Source: Girardia tigrina
Lineage: Eukaryota
Reading direction: 5' to 3'
DNA length: 64,000 nucleotides
Assembly: GCA_001938485.1 (NCBI GenBank)
Contig: MQRK01224520.1
Coordinates: forward strand, 19,783 to 83,782
The notes beneath the pieces are model-generated. The model searched no databases. It worked only from the letters and a program-made list of their open reading frames with translations, and was not told the DNA's origin. Below are positions 13,771 to 26,849 of the stretch, piece by piece. Both the position numbers and the translations under genes were made by a program. The first letter of the stretch is position 1. The number at the start of each line of letters is the position of its first letter.

Positions 13771-16044
13771 ACAAGTTGTGATTGGACAGTAAAAACTACA
13801 CTTAGACAGATGAAAATTGTGAAGAAGTATAGCTTGTCAATAGAATTGAAAAAAAACAGCTATTAATTTCTACCAATTCACAAAATTAAAAATGGTTAAT
13901 AAAGTTTCAAATTCTAATTCGACTTCTTTAATTCCTTTAACTACCCGCAACTCAAAGCGAGCTGCACATCAGCATTAAGGAAGTTATTGTAATGAAATAA
14001 TAAGTAGGCACCTTAATCACTGACTAAACACACAGCCAGCACAGATAATATTGGGATTGCTCGCAAAACTCATCATATATTTTTAAATCCATCTCATAGT
14101 ATGAAATTTATATTATATTTTTTTTGTTTTGTAAATATTATTTATTTATATCATAATTTATATTATTGTTATTGTAATGGAGAATTATTAAAAACAATTA
14201 AATCAATTTGTTTTAATAATCTGATATCTTCAATTGAGTTTCATTTGAAATAAATATTCACGTGTTAACTCTTGTTTGTTATTTTCCTAGATTACAGTTT
14301 ATTTATATCATTTTTATTATTTTAAATAAATTTATTTTATTATTTTAAATTTATTATTTTAAATTTATAATTATAAATTATTATTTTAAATCTTAATAAC
14401 TTGAAGTCGTTAAGATAATTTTTAAATTCAAAAATTTAAATTACAGGTCGAATAGTCGATCATCATAAATAATAATTTTCTTTATTATTGCGTGTTGAAT
14501 TTTATCATTACCCGATTCGTCAAATTTCAAGTTTATCCAACTGTACTTTCGTTGTTTCCCAATTGAAATAATTTTTATTTTTCAATCAAAGCAGATAACT
14601 TCCACCAATATCTACCCCGATACTGACTCTATATCAATCATCAGAATTCTGACGATATTGCTTTTGAAAGTTTCGACTCAGATATTGTTTAATATTTTAA
14701 CGAAAGCTTGGTCAATAATTATTCAAGGATTCGTCAATTCTAAAAGCCAAAACAACTGTATTCATCAAGTGACATTACGATCTACACTTAACGATCATTT
14801 TAGAAAATTTGTGCTGATTTTGAAGTAATTAATTTTTGGTTATTATTTATTCTCTACTGCCTATTTCTTCCTGTTAGTGCGATTTCGATTTGTTACTTAT
14901 TTTTCTCTGTCGTTCATGATAATATTTTTTAACAGTAATTTATTGTGTGTTGGTCATTTGATCATTTTCACCTAATCTTTGCTTCAAGTAAAGTTATTTT
15001 CTATTTAAATACTTATTATTTTAGTATAAAAGTATATCGACAGTAACATTTATCGAGATATTATACTCAGTTAGTTACATTCGATATATTTTTATCATAT
15101 ACCCTTCTTCACAAAGCACACCAATCGAAGAATAACATACGACTACGGTTGCTTGCGAACCACAGCCGGAATAATCACATATTATCAGACAAAATAAATA
15201 AGTGTCGCGTATGATATTTATTAGGAGCACCATTGGTGGCGTTTATATTTTCCTCTTCATCCAACATAATTTCTTTAAAACGTTAAATTTTCCAAAATGT
15301 ATTTTATAACAATATCTGAATATTTCTGAATATTCAAACAATTTTTAGGAGATTTTCGTGATTTTTAATTTAATCGTATTTTATAAATAAATGATATATG
15401 ATATAATATGATATTCAAATATTGAAATTTTTAACTCCAGGTATCAAAAGGAATTACTCTAGTCTTTGCATTGAAACTTATTCTCCAAACTCCTCCTTTT
15501 TATCAAAAAGCAGCTACAGTCTCCGAACTCTACTCTTGTGAAAATGGATGAATTCATATCAACTGCCAAAGGCACTTTTACTTAATTAATAGAGAATCAT
15601 ATTCTTCATCAAGAGAAAGCACATAACTTCATTCAATCAACACTAATAGCTCTTGTTAATGAAAGTTCAATCGATCCTGTTTCTGTGGATCTAAAAATTG
15701 TGAAACTATTTATCTTTGATAATTGATTTTCTGGTCAAGTTATGGCGATGTGCTCTTCGACTTCATGTTTTGATCCTTCATTAGATTGTAAAGGTGGATA
15801 CCTTAATTATTTTGAGTTGTGCGGGTAGGAGCACATATTTCAGACACAGTTAACAAAACAATAAGCTTAGTTTAATATGGCATTGTCGCTGAATCGTCGA
15901 AAATAAATTTACAGATATCATCACAAACTTGGCCTTGCTGTTGTGTTAACTGTGTTTATTTTATGAAATGTTGTAAAGAAAGGTTTTTTGATTTCAACTA
16001 ATTGTTCGGGATTCAATCGTTATTATTATTATATTGTTATTATC

Positions 16045-16046
<2 letters not shown>

Positions 16047-16091
<45 letters not shown>
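16047..16091. repeat. (TA)n microsatellite
   Basis: Pure TA run. Others occur at 31981-32021, 32912-32937 (after (CTA)n at 32885-32908) and 49998-50017. Confidence 0.95.
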
Positions 16092-16095
<4 letters not shown>

Positions 16096-16157
16096 TGAAT
16101 CTCATCTTTCTTTTTCATTTCGAAAACATTTGTTGTAAATAATCAATTCTAACTTAG

Positions 16158-16570
16158 AACAATCTGTGATATTTTGCTTTTTATATAATTTTAATTTTAT
16201 GTCAGTTCTAAAATATATTAAAAGGACTGAAAAAAGAATTTATGAAAAACTTTAATGAAAAATAAATAATTATCATGTTAAAAGAATTGTGTGACTGGAA
16301 AAGAAAATAATTGTTTAGAAATAAAATAGTAAATTGAATGGAAAAAATTATTGGCGGTATGTTGCAAAAAATTGTAATTGTTTAAGTAATCATGATTGTG
16401 ATTTTTGTTTGAATAATCACAAATAAATAATTCAATTTTGAAAACCGACTCAACTTTTCGAAAAAATTTGAATTGAGGATTTCGATTTGAAATTTAGAAC
16501 AGTATATTAGTTATTTTCTCATCAATCCAATTGAATTCTCCAAATTCATTTCGTTTCGATTTGATTTACT
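16158..16570 (+). repeat. Unclassified dispersed repeat, copy A
   Basis: Collinear with 60168-60472 (aacaatctgtgatattttg...cgatttgaaatttag...aattgaattctcc...catttcgtttcgatttga). Confidence 0.75.
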
Positions 16571-16879
16571 GAGAGAATTAATTAAATTGAATCTCGAGAG
16601 TGAAAATCAGTGTTCAAGTGCCAACAAAGTCAACATCACAATCATATCGATGGAATTTATTAAAAATTTACTAATTGTTTGATTATCGTTCAGGTCAAGT
16701 GCAGTTGGCTACAGAGCTGCGATTGATTTGTACAAGTCTTTCAGTTTTCAACACATAACAGACAAAGCATTAGGAGTTCAATGTGTTTCGCAACCATCTG
16801 TAATTCTTTCATCAAAAGGGAGTCCTTCCTTCTTCCTCCGATGTACTTCGATCTTCGGTGGATTCAACAGAGGTTTTGG

Positions 16880-16985
16880 CTAGAACTTTTCCTAACCTCT
16901 CAAAGGTAGAGTCTGTTATTCTTCTGTGTCCTTTGGGAACACCAAGTGTCAAGATGTCGTTCAGTGGCATGATTAGAAAACGTAT
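16880..16985 (+). mobile_element. hAT C-terminal dimerisation domain fragment
   Basis: RTFPNLSKVESVILLCPLGTPSVKMSFSGM resembles the hAT consensus FPNL..LA...L..P.STA.VERSFS.M. Confidence 0.45.
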
Positions 16986-19919
16986 GTCCCTTGAAAAGTG
17001 GTCACAATGGATGGTTCAGAAAAGATGACTGTTCCGGATTAGATATTAATTGTCGGTTAAAAATCATAAAATTAAATTATATGTATATACATTTATAAAT
17101 GAAAATGTTAAAATTAAAATTTTGTAATATATTTATATAATTAATTGTAAATTTTTTTGTAAAAAAATCTTTTGTAAAATAGTTTTCGCCTTTTTGTGAA
17201 GAAAAGAAAATTGTGTTTTACTGGAGAAATCCAGAAAGAATATTGACTTTTGTTTAAATAATGGTTAGTAAAGCTGAGAATTTGAATTGTGTAAATTTTG
17301 AAAAAATAAAAAAATCGGCTTTTGTTAATTTTCTTGTTGTAAAATCGAGTAAGATAAAAAATCAATGTTATCGACTCAAGAATTATTTAATTTTACAAAT
17401 TCCGATTTAAAATGTTCAAATCGCTCGGAATTTCCGATGAATATTTTCATATATAAACATTTTTTGTATCAAAGTGATAAATCGTGCATGAGTGGAATCA
17501 AAAAAGGCATCAAAACGAATTATAATTCTGGAACCAGTCATTATCAAAACGAAATATATCTTGTGAATTATTGGAAAAACTCAGTCAAAGCGTGGCGGAA
17601 GACGGTGATTTCGATGTCGATTGCGACAAAATCTCTGCTGGATTGTGTAACTGCCGTCATAAAGCGCGACTATCCTCACAAATACAAACAGCTGATGCAG
17701 AATCTTTATAGTTTAGTATTGTTCCTCTTGGACACATTTCTGAAGGAGCCATATAAAAAATGATAGTCTGATATAAGTGCTTCTAGATGAGTTGATCCCA
17801 ATAGTTCGAGCCAAAACAATGACAGATGAGGATGCACGAAACGTTGTCCAAAAATGGCACGAACAAAAGAAAAGAAGGATCCGCATTCTATTATTCCATT
17901 GTTATGATATACGGCATATTGTGAATCAGTTATACCCTTGTCGTTTTACTCTATTCTGATATTTATTAGTGTGTTTATTTGTTGCATTCTAGTAAAAAGG
18001 TGTCAAAATTTCTTTTTGTATGCTTTCCTGATGGTCATTCAATTCTTGGTCAAGAACTGTAATATAAAGATACAGAAAAAAACTTCCACAAGTAAAATAA
18101 TTTCTTTCTTAATCAATTTGAAACCCTTATTTTTTACTTTATGATAAATTACTAGAATATCACCATCATAATACTTCATCAACAGCATCCGCTCATATTT
18201 AGAATGGAAAAAAGTGCATGTTTTCCTTTCACCCAAAATGTTTTCATGCTTCCCCCCCCCAAAGAAAAACTCTGACGGGAACACTGCAATGAATAAAGCT
18301 TGATAAAATCTCAAAGCAATTCGGTGATCAAGTGGGGTTGAATGATAAATAAGATTAGTTTTTGCGTTACACACATTTCGTTAATTTTAAGTTAGTTCTC
18401 AGCCTCTTAATCTATGGCTTCTTTTAGCTTATGATCTTGTGATGACCACATTGATTCGGAATGATTGAACGGTGCAAAGTTAGGGTCGAAATAATTTAAT
18501 TGTGTGAGTTCTCAAGGAACGCTAAAGCTACAATCCCTACAAGAGATTGCCGATTTTTTGTGATAAAATGATCGAGTGGTAAAATGGTAAAGGGCGGTGT
18601 GAACGGCCGTTCCGTGTTTGCCCAATCACAGACATGGCGGNGCTCTAGCAGTCTAGGGACCGGGTGCACGACTGAGTCAGTTTTTATTGTTCTCAGCCAG
18701 ATCTGCCGACGTTTTTCACATTCGAAGAAGAGAAAAAGATGTTCGTAGAAGTGGTGAGCACAACGTTGATCGAATGGGTCAGATTCGTTTTCATTCTCGC
18801 TCCACTCGTCCCAGAGTGGCCACATCCCCATCACCAGAGCATTATGACCGCGACCGTGCTGCGCTAGCTTTCGCATCAACAATAATATTACTGTAATGAT
18901 ATAATAACGCTAATATTATTCGAAGAATAATTACAATAATATTGAATTTAATTGAGTCTGAAAGAGATAAAACAGAAGTTGTTTTACAGGACGCTAGTTG
19001 ATACAGTCATTAATTACAATAACAAGATTTAGACGTTTAAATTGCCTATGTATCTTGTTGATATGCGAAGACAGAAGAAATTAGCTGAGGAGAATGAACA
19101 CTACATTAACGTTAGAAGACTTAATTATCGATTATCTAAAAACTTTTGATTTGGATAGCAGTCGCAGTAAGAAAAGAGAATAGAAATATAATCAAAGAGA
19201 AAAAACGTTTGAAAACTTAATTCTAAAATTAATTACAAATTAAATAAAACTTACACAATTTCAAAATTTGAATAAATTTCAAAGAGGAATTTTGCTTTGC
19301 AAAGAGCAGTTTAATTATATTGTTCTACGTGGTAAAACTTGTGATGGTTGAAGTCTTGTTTGTGAAGTTGATAGGAAATCATGTTTCCTAAAAAGATTTT
19401 GTTCGGGTTTTAGTTACAGTGAAAACAAAATATACCCCAGTATAAATGGATAGCAGCAAAACAATATTTGCGATCCAATCTAATTTCTATGAACAATCGC
19501 GAATCTCCTGAAGGTATTAAAATAAATTTTGATTCTTGGCAACGTACAACCTCTTATCGGCTTTTGATTTTATATTCTCCGTCCAAGATATCTGCTACGA
19601 AATACAAATGATTTTTCCTTCCTCCTTTTCGCACCACTCAAAAGAAGGGGTTCAGCTCAAAAATAAAAATGCCAGACAACGAAGTTTAATGTTCTATTTG
19701 CTTGAATCAAGTAATTATTTTAGTCGATAATATTAACTTGTTAAAACTGAATCCTGACTTAATCACATAATGATATAACGAGCACTATTAATTAACATAT
19801 ATTGAAACGAACAATGCGACATTTAACATATAAAACAAAAATTCGAGTCGAAATTGAGTCAATTACTTCTAAAGAGCGATAAAATGACGGTGAGCATCTT
19901 CATTAATGTCTCTGGATGT

Positions 19920-20234
19920 CTAAGGCTCGTCTAAATATGTCAATGAATATTTCAATCTGTTTTCGTCCAACGCGAATCGTTCAGCAGTGAAATACATTTC
20001 GTGCATCCAACAGCAACCAACAATCATATGAAACGACATATCTTTAAAAAGATTTGTTAAGCTTTCAGAAACTAAAGTTTTCAGTCGAAACATTTGCAAG
20101 ATATCGGATGCGATACATGATTTATATCGTAAATTCGGATCCGGATTCAAAAGGCTCTTGATCACCTTCTCAACGATAGTTGGTGCAGAGAAAACTGGAG
20201 GTAAATCTTCCAATGAGTAACTTTCCACATTCAC
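19920..20234 (-). CDS. PINK1: PINK1-like kinase, terminal exon D (C-lobe and C-terminal extension, stop)
   Basis: ttttgatag|GTG AAT, phase 0 matching exon C. Translates VNVESYSLEDLPPVFSAPTIVEKVIKSLLNPDPNLRYKSCIASDILQM...LDEP*. Resembles PINK1 SYQEAQLP...LLQREASKRPSARVAANVL. Confidence 0.82.
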   Translation of the reverse strand: MNVESYSLEDLPPVFSAPTIVEKVIKSLLNPDPNLRYKSCIASDILQMFRLKTLVSESLTNLFKDMSFHMIVGCCWMHEMYFTAERFALDENRLKYSLTYLDEP

Positions 20235-20250
20235 CTATCAAAAAAATATA

Positions 20251-21230
20251 TGTTATAAATATACTACTTTTCTTATTTGAGCAATGTATCATGGTTTTGA
20301 TAAACAATAATTTAGAGAACAATTTTGTCTTAAGAGAACTCGAACAACTAGTTATAGATAGAGACACTCTAGAGAGACTTGATGTCATAATTTACTCAAA
20401 ATCAATGAAGGATCATATGAGACTATTAGAAGAAGTACTGAATAGACTGAATAAATCAGGTTTAAAAGTCAATCCAGGGAAATGCAAATTCGGAGTGGGG
20501 GAGCTAGTATTTCTGGGACATACAATTAACAAAAACGAAGTTTTAACGAATTGAAGCAAAAGCTATGTGGGCACCAATATTAGCATTTGTAAACCCGAAT
20601 AATAATTTCATCTTAGACACATATGCATCATTCGGATCGATAGAAGCCGTTCTAAGTCAGATATCAGAAGGGAAAGAAGTAGCAATCGCGTATGCATTGA
20701 GGACTTTAACCACACATGAAAAAGGGTAATGTGTGACAAGAAAGGAACTATTAACTTTACAAGAGTTCATTTTACATTTCAAGCAATATTTATATGATAA
20801 GCGATTTATAGCAAGAACTGATCATAAAACACTGGTGTATATGAAGAGTACTTCCAAACCAATAACTCCTCAATTCCAGACATGGTTAGCAAACATGGCG
20901 GATTTTGATTTTGAATTGAAGTATAGAAAAGGTGACGAACATGGAAATGCAGTCTTTGTAAAACAAGATCCTACAAAACTGAGAAAGGACACTTTCCCAT
21001 TCGATGGACAGTACCAAATTTTAGGACATATATCACCACACCAATTGTAACTACAGAATCTGAAAGATGGAAACATAATTCGTCGAAGAATTGAGTGGAT
21101 TAAGAAAGTAAATAACGAATTATAAAGGGGGGAAAGTTGTGATTATTAATTTGTTTAAGTATTCTAAAAAGATTGTAAATATTAAATAAATTCTACTTGT
21201 TGAAATTCACAGTTATTAAATTGAACAAAC
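20251..21230 (+). mobile_element. Gypsy/Ty3 LTR retrotransposon remnant (RT, RNase H, integrase tail, PPT), internally deleted
   Basis: DVIIYSKSMKDHMRLLEEVLNRLNKSGLKVNPGKCKFG..LVFLGH and VTRKELL...FIARTDHKTL...WL...DFELKYRKG..HGNA. Polypurine tract aaaggggggaaag at about 21124-21136 is followed by TGT. Confidence 0.88.
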
Positions 21231-22369
21231 CTGGAGATTTAACTAATCGAAAACGGATTTCTTTAAAATACTCGAAAACCATTTGAGATAAATAGCTGAA
21301 AATTTGGCTGAATTATCTTTATTTAATATCCAAACGATTCCCCAAGTGCAAATCGAAAAACCTGCGGTGGCTAGATTTCCCTTTAAAATCCGGCTTTGTC
21401 CGTTGTATTTAATATTTGAATATTGTTTCTTGCAAAAAGTGTTTAAAATTCATTAGTATATTTAGTTCGTAATATGTGTGCTAAGAATGAAAATTTGCGT
21501 TTATTAAAATAAGGAAATTATAGAAAAAATATTTTGTGTGAAGTTTTATTCGTATAATGTTTTATAATCTGTGTTATGATTGGAAAGAGTGCATATTTTG
21601 TGAAGAATAGCTTTTCTAACACGCTTTAAAAGTTGTATTTGCTTATTTTCTAAAATTTAAAAATTTAAGATTTTTACGGAATAAAGAATTTATTTCCGCG
21701 ACTCCCTGTTTTCCTAATTATTTGAACGGTGTCAATGGATTAAGCCGATTAGAAAGTAGCAATGGAATGTTTTCCATAATAAATTGAAGAAGCAGATTAT
21801 CAGAAATCATTCATCAAATCTAATGCGTTTTTAATTTGAAATTTCTGGCTTCCGTGTCAAATAGTTTGTAACAAAACCAGAAATATTGTTTTACAACGTG
21901 ATAAGAATTTCTTCTACCAGCCTCTGCGCTGTATTAGGAAACTTAATGTGAGATTTTAATTGTTCAATTATTATGTCCTGAAAGAGACTGAAGTTACCTT
22001 TCTAATGGTAAATAATGAGATTTGCATTAAAACAAACTTAGTGGATTAATTGGAAACTTACTCACTAATTATTGGTGGAAGAACCTAATCTAAATGGATA
22101 AATATTATTTGAATAGTTATGGACAATTGAATTTAGAGCAAATCGTGATGGATATCGCATATGTCGGTGACAAGAATAGCATAGTCATTTCAATACCAAA
22201 CCACTAATTCAAGATACCACGGTTGAACAAAAGGAAAGTATTTCACTTTAAAAATTTTTAAACACAAGCAAAAAAAATCAATTGAAATGATAACGAATCT
22301 AATATAAATGTTCAGAAATGCAAAAAATTCATAAAACTAATAATATTAATTTTTATGTCAAATAATTAC

Positions 22370-22632
22370 TTTCAAAAATGGATTGCAATTATTGAATATC
22401 TCATAGCCAAGTATACCAATAGCCCAAATATCACTCTTGGCATATGTATCAATACTTAAGCTTTCGTTTCTTTTTATACTATTCAATATTTCAGGAGACG
22501 TTCGGTCAGAAGTTCCTTGATGGTCAATTTCATTCGACTTTGCGGAATTCAAATCCAAAGAACAATCAAAGTCAGCAACTTTAATCAAAATCCTTGTAGG
22601 ATTTTTTAAAAACGTCTTTTTAACATCTACAA
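22370..22632 (-). CDS. PINK1: PINK1-like kinase, exon C (DFD, activation segment, alphaF)
   Basis: cttttttag|TT GTA GAT ... TTG AAA|gtaatt, 263 nt. Translates (F)VDVKKTFLKNPTRILIKVADFDCSLDLNSAKSNEIDHQGTSDRTSPEILNSIKRNESLSIDTYAKSDIWAIGILGYEIFNNCNPFLK. Resembles PINK1 ADFGCCL and [23 protein letters not shown]. Confidence 0.88.
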
Positions 22633-23099
22633 CTAAAAAAGATGATAAAAATTGTTCAAATAATTATTTTTTTTTAAATAAATAATTGCCAGAAATAATA
22701 ACTTCTTAGTGAATTTCTTTATTTTTAAAGTTATTTTTCTTAAACAATAACCATATACCTCTAAGAAAGTTGTTTAATTCAAATTTATCACAAAAGTTTA
22801 ATGTATTCATAATAACAATATATCATTCGAAGGCAATAAAAATAATTATGAATGACTGCTTTTATTACATGTTCGCTTAATTTTGGGGGAAGGCACAAAG
22901 AAGTTTCCTCAACATTTTAAAGTTCCATAAAAATCAGTGGGATAAGAAAGTAGAGATTAGAAGAATGCCTAAAGATCCAGAAAAATCAGACAAGATGGTG
23001 CTCAATACCGAATGTGAGACAGGCTGGACCTAATAACCTTTACAAGAAGAAATACAAGAAACGCCAAAGTTAATTTACCAAAACTGATCAACCAGAGAA

Positions 23100-23290
23100 T
23101 GAAATTAGCCCAATCCTATCACGAGAAATGCTACAAAGAGTGCCGAAGAAAGTGAATAGAACCGACATGTTCGCAATGACCACCAGAACAAAAAACCAGA
23201 TGAAGATTAAAAGCTTAAACGGTGCAAGCTATGCTCGAAGAGATACTTAACACTAGGATGGATGACCAGACACTACCGAAAAAATTAAAA
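23100..23290 (+). pseudogene. Decayed tandem C2H2 zinc-finger ORF, copy 2
   Basis: E*NRHVRNDH and RCKLCSKRYLTLGWMTRHYRK parallel ELNRHI*MDH and CQYCSKSYTSMGLLTRHYK at 757-1020. Confidence 0.55.
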
Positions 23291-24148
23291 AAACAACAGA
23301 AGTATCAACAAGAGTAACGTCAATCCCGAAGGAACGACATATATCAGAAATAAGCACAGAAACTAAGAAGGAAGACAATCCAACACATAATTAGCGACTA
23401 TACTTCGTGACAATAATTCGTGACAGTAGTTTGAAACAATAATTAGATTTGAAATTGTACAACAATGGTTAGCCGATAAAGACTGCAATTATTTCGCAAT
23501 GCGATTAATAAATCTAGTAAGTAAATTATTTAATATTTTTTTATAGATTGCTAATTTGAAATTTGAAAATTGCTATTATCATTTTTTTTAATTTCCGATT
23601 ATTAATGCTGCAATTGCATTAAATCATAAAGAAAAATGTAATTTAAAGTTTTCTTATTTTCTTTCGTTTGACGAGAATTTTCTTTTATTTTTCTTACTCT
23701 GACTGACTGGGACTTCTTACTTGACCAACAAAAAAATAAATACATAAAAAATAAATACTTCAAACTCACGTAATGAAAGCTAAAAATTTTTTAAACATCA
23801 CAAAAGAAAAAAATACAAGATGAACACACATTCATTCACAATGAGTATGTCAAAATTAAAATAAAAATGAAAGAAGTGAATAATATCAGAAAGGTGGTAA
23901 AGAACATGTACAGATAGTTGGTAGATCAAACAAAATTTGATGGTGTGGACGATCACATTACAATGTATAAATGAGAGATTTTATTGTTAAGAGACGCTTA
24001 AAAATATTCTGACAAAGAATATTTAACCAACAATTGTAATAATTATACAAAGTCACAGTTTATGTAAACGGTAATGCATGTCACAAAATCTTGGTAAGTG
24101 GCACGCGGAAAAAAATTTACAACATACTGTAGATTTCTTAAAAATCAT

Positions 24149-26846
24149 TTAACCCTTCTTTCCCTGTGATGATGTATTTAATACATACTATATTTAAAAA
24201 GTTAAATATCTCTATAAATATAATAAATACTGACTTCAGATTTTGGGTATTCCTCCGTAATACATTTACACATATAATGAAATAATAATAATAATAATAA
24301 ATTCCCCCCGGCACAATGAGATTTTCGTCAAAAATCAACGAAGAATTGACGAAAACAATCAAACTACCCTTAGCACCGTGTATTTACTTTTTAAACCAAC
24401 TAAAGCCAGATGAAGATTTTTACAGCATGTTGTAACACACTCACTTTGTCTCTTTTTCTGACCGTCATAGACCTCGTGAGTGAGCAGGTCGCATAGTCTG
24501 ACTCAGTATAAATTGCGATGTATTTTTGGGTGACATCATTAATTTTCTTCGAGCATTAACAAACATGGATACTCAATGCGCTTCATTGTGCGAAAAAGAT
24601 AATATGTATTTTAGGCGTGTTGTGTCCCTGCGTTTTACGAAAACGATAATTTTTCTTAGTTGTATTGTTTATGCATCGTGTAGAGACGTATTGTGCATTG
24701 GTCCTGTGTAAAATTGCGAACGTTATTATTAGTATTTCTCATAATAATTATCAGGTATTTTTGATTTTTCATAATGCCGTTTATTCAAGTTTATTATTAT
24801 TATATATTATGATTTTTGTCTCCCCCTTTTAGAAGAAAAACAAAATGGATAGAAATATACCGACAAATGAAGATGAATATGACAGTGATGCTGAATTTGA
24901 AATAAACGATAATGTAACAGACACAGAAGATTTCGTGGAAGATTTTGACGAAGTCAGTGAAAGTGAAGACGGAGCAGTTAGTGATAATGAAGACGTAGGA
25001 GAATCATTCACATCAAAGCATGAAAACGTGTGGAACTCAATTCCACCATCGTCCTCAAGACGTCGAATAAGCAATATTGTTACTGACAAGTTCGGACTTA
25101 TAAACGGTAGTGCTAATGTGAACACAAAAAGAGAAATGTTTGCTTTATTTATAACTAAAGATATGATGAAAGAAATATGTCAAATAGATCGATTACCTGA
25201 GCATAAAATAATACATTTTTCTGAAGAAGAATTATACGCTTTCATTGGAATAATGCTTGCTTCTGGAAGAAACAGATCGCGAAAACTAAGTTTAAATGAA
25301 TTATGGACGACTGAAGGCCCTTTTTGTCAGCCATTTGTCACAGCAGCTATGTCTCGAGATAGGTTTATCAACATATATAACCATATTCGCTTTGATAATC
25401 GATAAACGAGGGAAGAAAGATTCAGTGCTTCTTTGGACGAGCTGGAACCTATCATTTCAATTTTCAACAAATTTGTAGACGGGTGTCAAAAATTATTCTC
25501 CAACTTCGAACATAACCGTAGACGAACGTTCGGACATATTTAAGGGGAATTGTCCATTTCGAATATACATGAAATCCAAATCTGGTAGGTATGGAATTAA
25601 AATATGGGTAGCAGCCGATTCTTCCACTGCATATATACTAAATTTGCAAATTTATGCGGGAATGGTAAATAATCGGAGAGATGTAAACCAAGGAAATCGA
25701 GTGATCATGGAACCAATACTACGACCATACTACGGAACCAATAGAGGGGTAACAACAGATAATTTTTCACTTCAGTGCCATTGGCAAATAACCTTATAGA
25801 AAAACAACTTACTTTGACCGGAACTATAAGAAAAAATAAAAAAGAAATTCCAAATCAGTTTTTACCTTTAAAACAACGTGAGATATACAGTAGCATATTT
25901 GGATTTACACCAACTACAACCCTTCTTTCATATGTACCAAAACGAAACAAAGCTGTTTTACTTCTTACGACGCAATTTCATGATATTGAAATTAATGAGC
26001 TTCAGGCAAAAAAACCTGAAATAATTTTACATTATAATAGAACTAAAGGTGCTGTCGACTCAGGAGATAAAATGACGCGCAAACATTCTTATGTGCGGTC
26101 CACGAGACGATGGCCTTTTAGCATTTTTATGGAAATGTTAGACATAACAGCACTAAATGCATATTTACTATGGACTTTAAAGTATCCAGAGTAGGAAAAA
26201 AATAACAGAAGTCGCCGAATTAGAGAGCTAAGTTTAGAGTTAGCTAAATATAATATCGTTAGAAGAAAAAAACAGCAAAATTAAATTTCACAAACAACAA
26301 CTAAATGCCATTGAGACAGTAATATCATATTACCAGCATACATCATGAAAAACAGTTGTAACAGAAAGTAATACGAGCATTTCACAGGAGGGTGAATCAT
26401 TATCAACATCATTTCGAGCGTCAATAAGAACTTGCAAGTTTTGCCAATACCCAAAAAAAGACCACGCTACTTTGCAACATTTGTAAGAAACCTGTATGCA
26501 TCACACACAGAAGAAAAATTATTTCGTGTTCTGATTGCGAGAAAATTAGTGCAAACTAAAAATTTTATTTATATTTTATTTGCCAAATTATTGTGTAATG
26601 TTTTTTGCTTCTTTTCTTATATGCTTATATTCAGCCTTAAATTTTTTATTTTTGATAATGTGTTTATTTGTAATATGTTACATACAGCTATATTCTTTTT
26701 ATTCAACAAAATTTGATGTATTTCAACTTCAAATAATATTATTTGAAGTAATGTTTATAAGTATTCGACTTTTTCTGATTTTAAAAACTTATTTTCATAT
26801 GTTGCACAAAATACATATCACCGGAGCACAGTATGGGGAAGGTTAA
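24149..26846 (+). mobile_element. piggyBac transposon, full length but inactivated
   Basis: TTAA at 24149-24152 followed by CCCTTC, and GAAGG-TTAA ending at 26846, with imperfect subterminal inverted repeats. Motifs MSRDRF..IRFD, YMKSKSGRYGIKIW, VTTDNF, GTIRKNKKEIP, YNRTKGAVD, TRRWP and a C-terminal Cys-rich domain (CKFC..CNIC..C..H..C..C). Stops and frameshifts present. Confidence 0.93.
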
Positions 26847-26849
26847 AGT

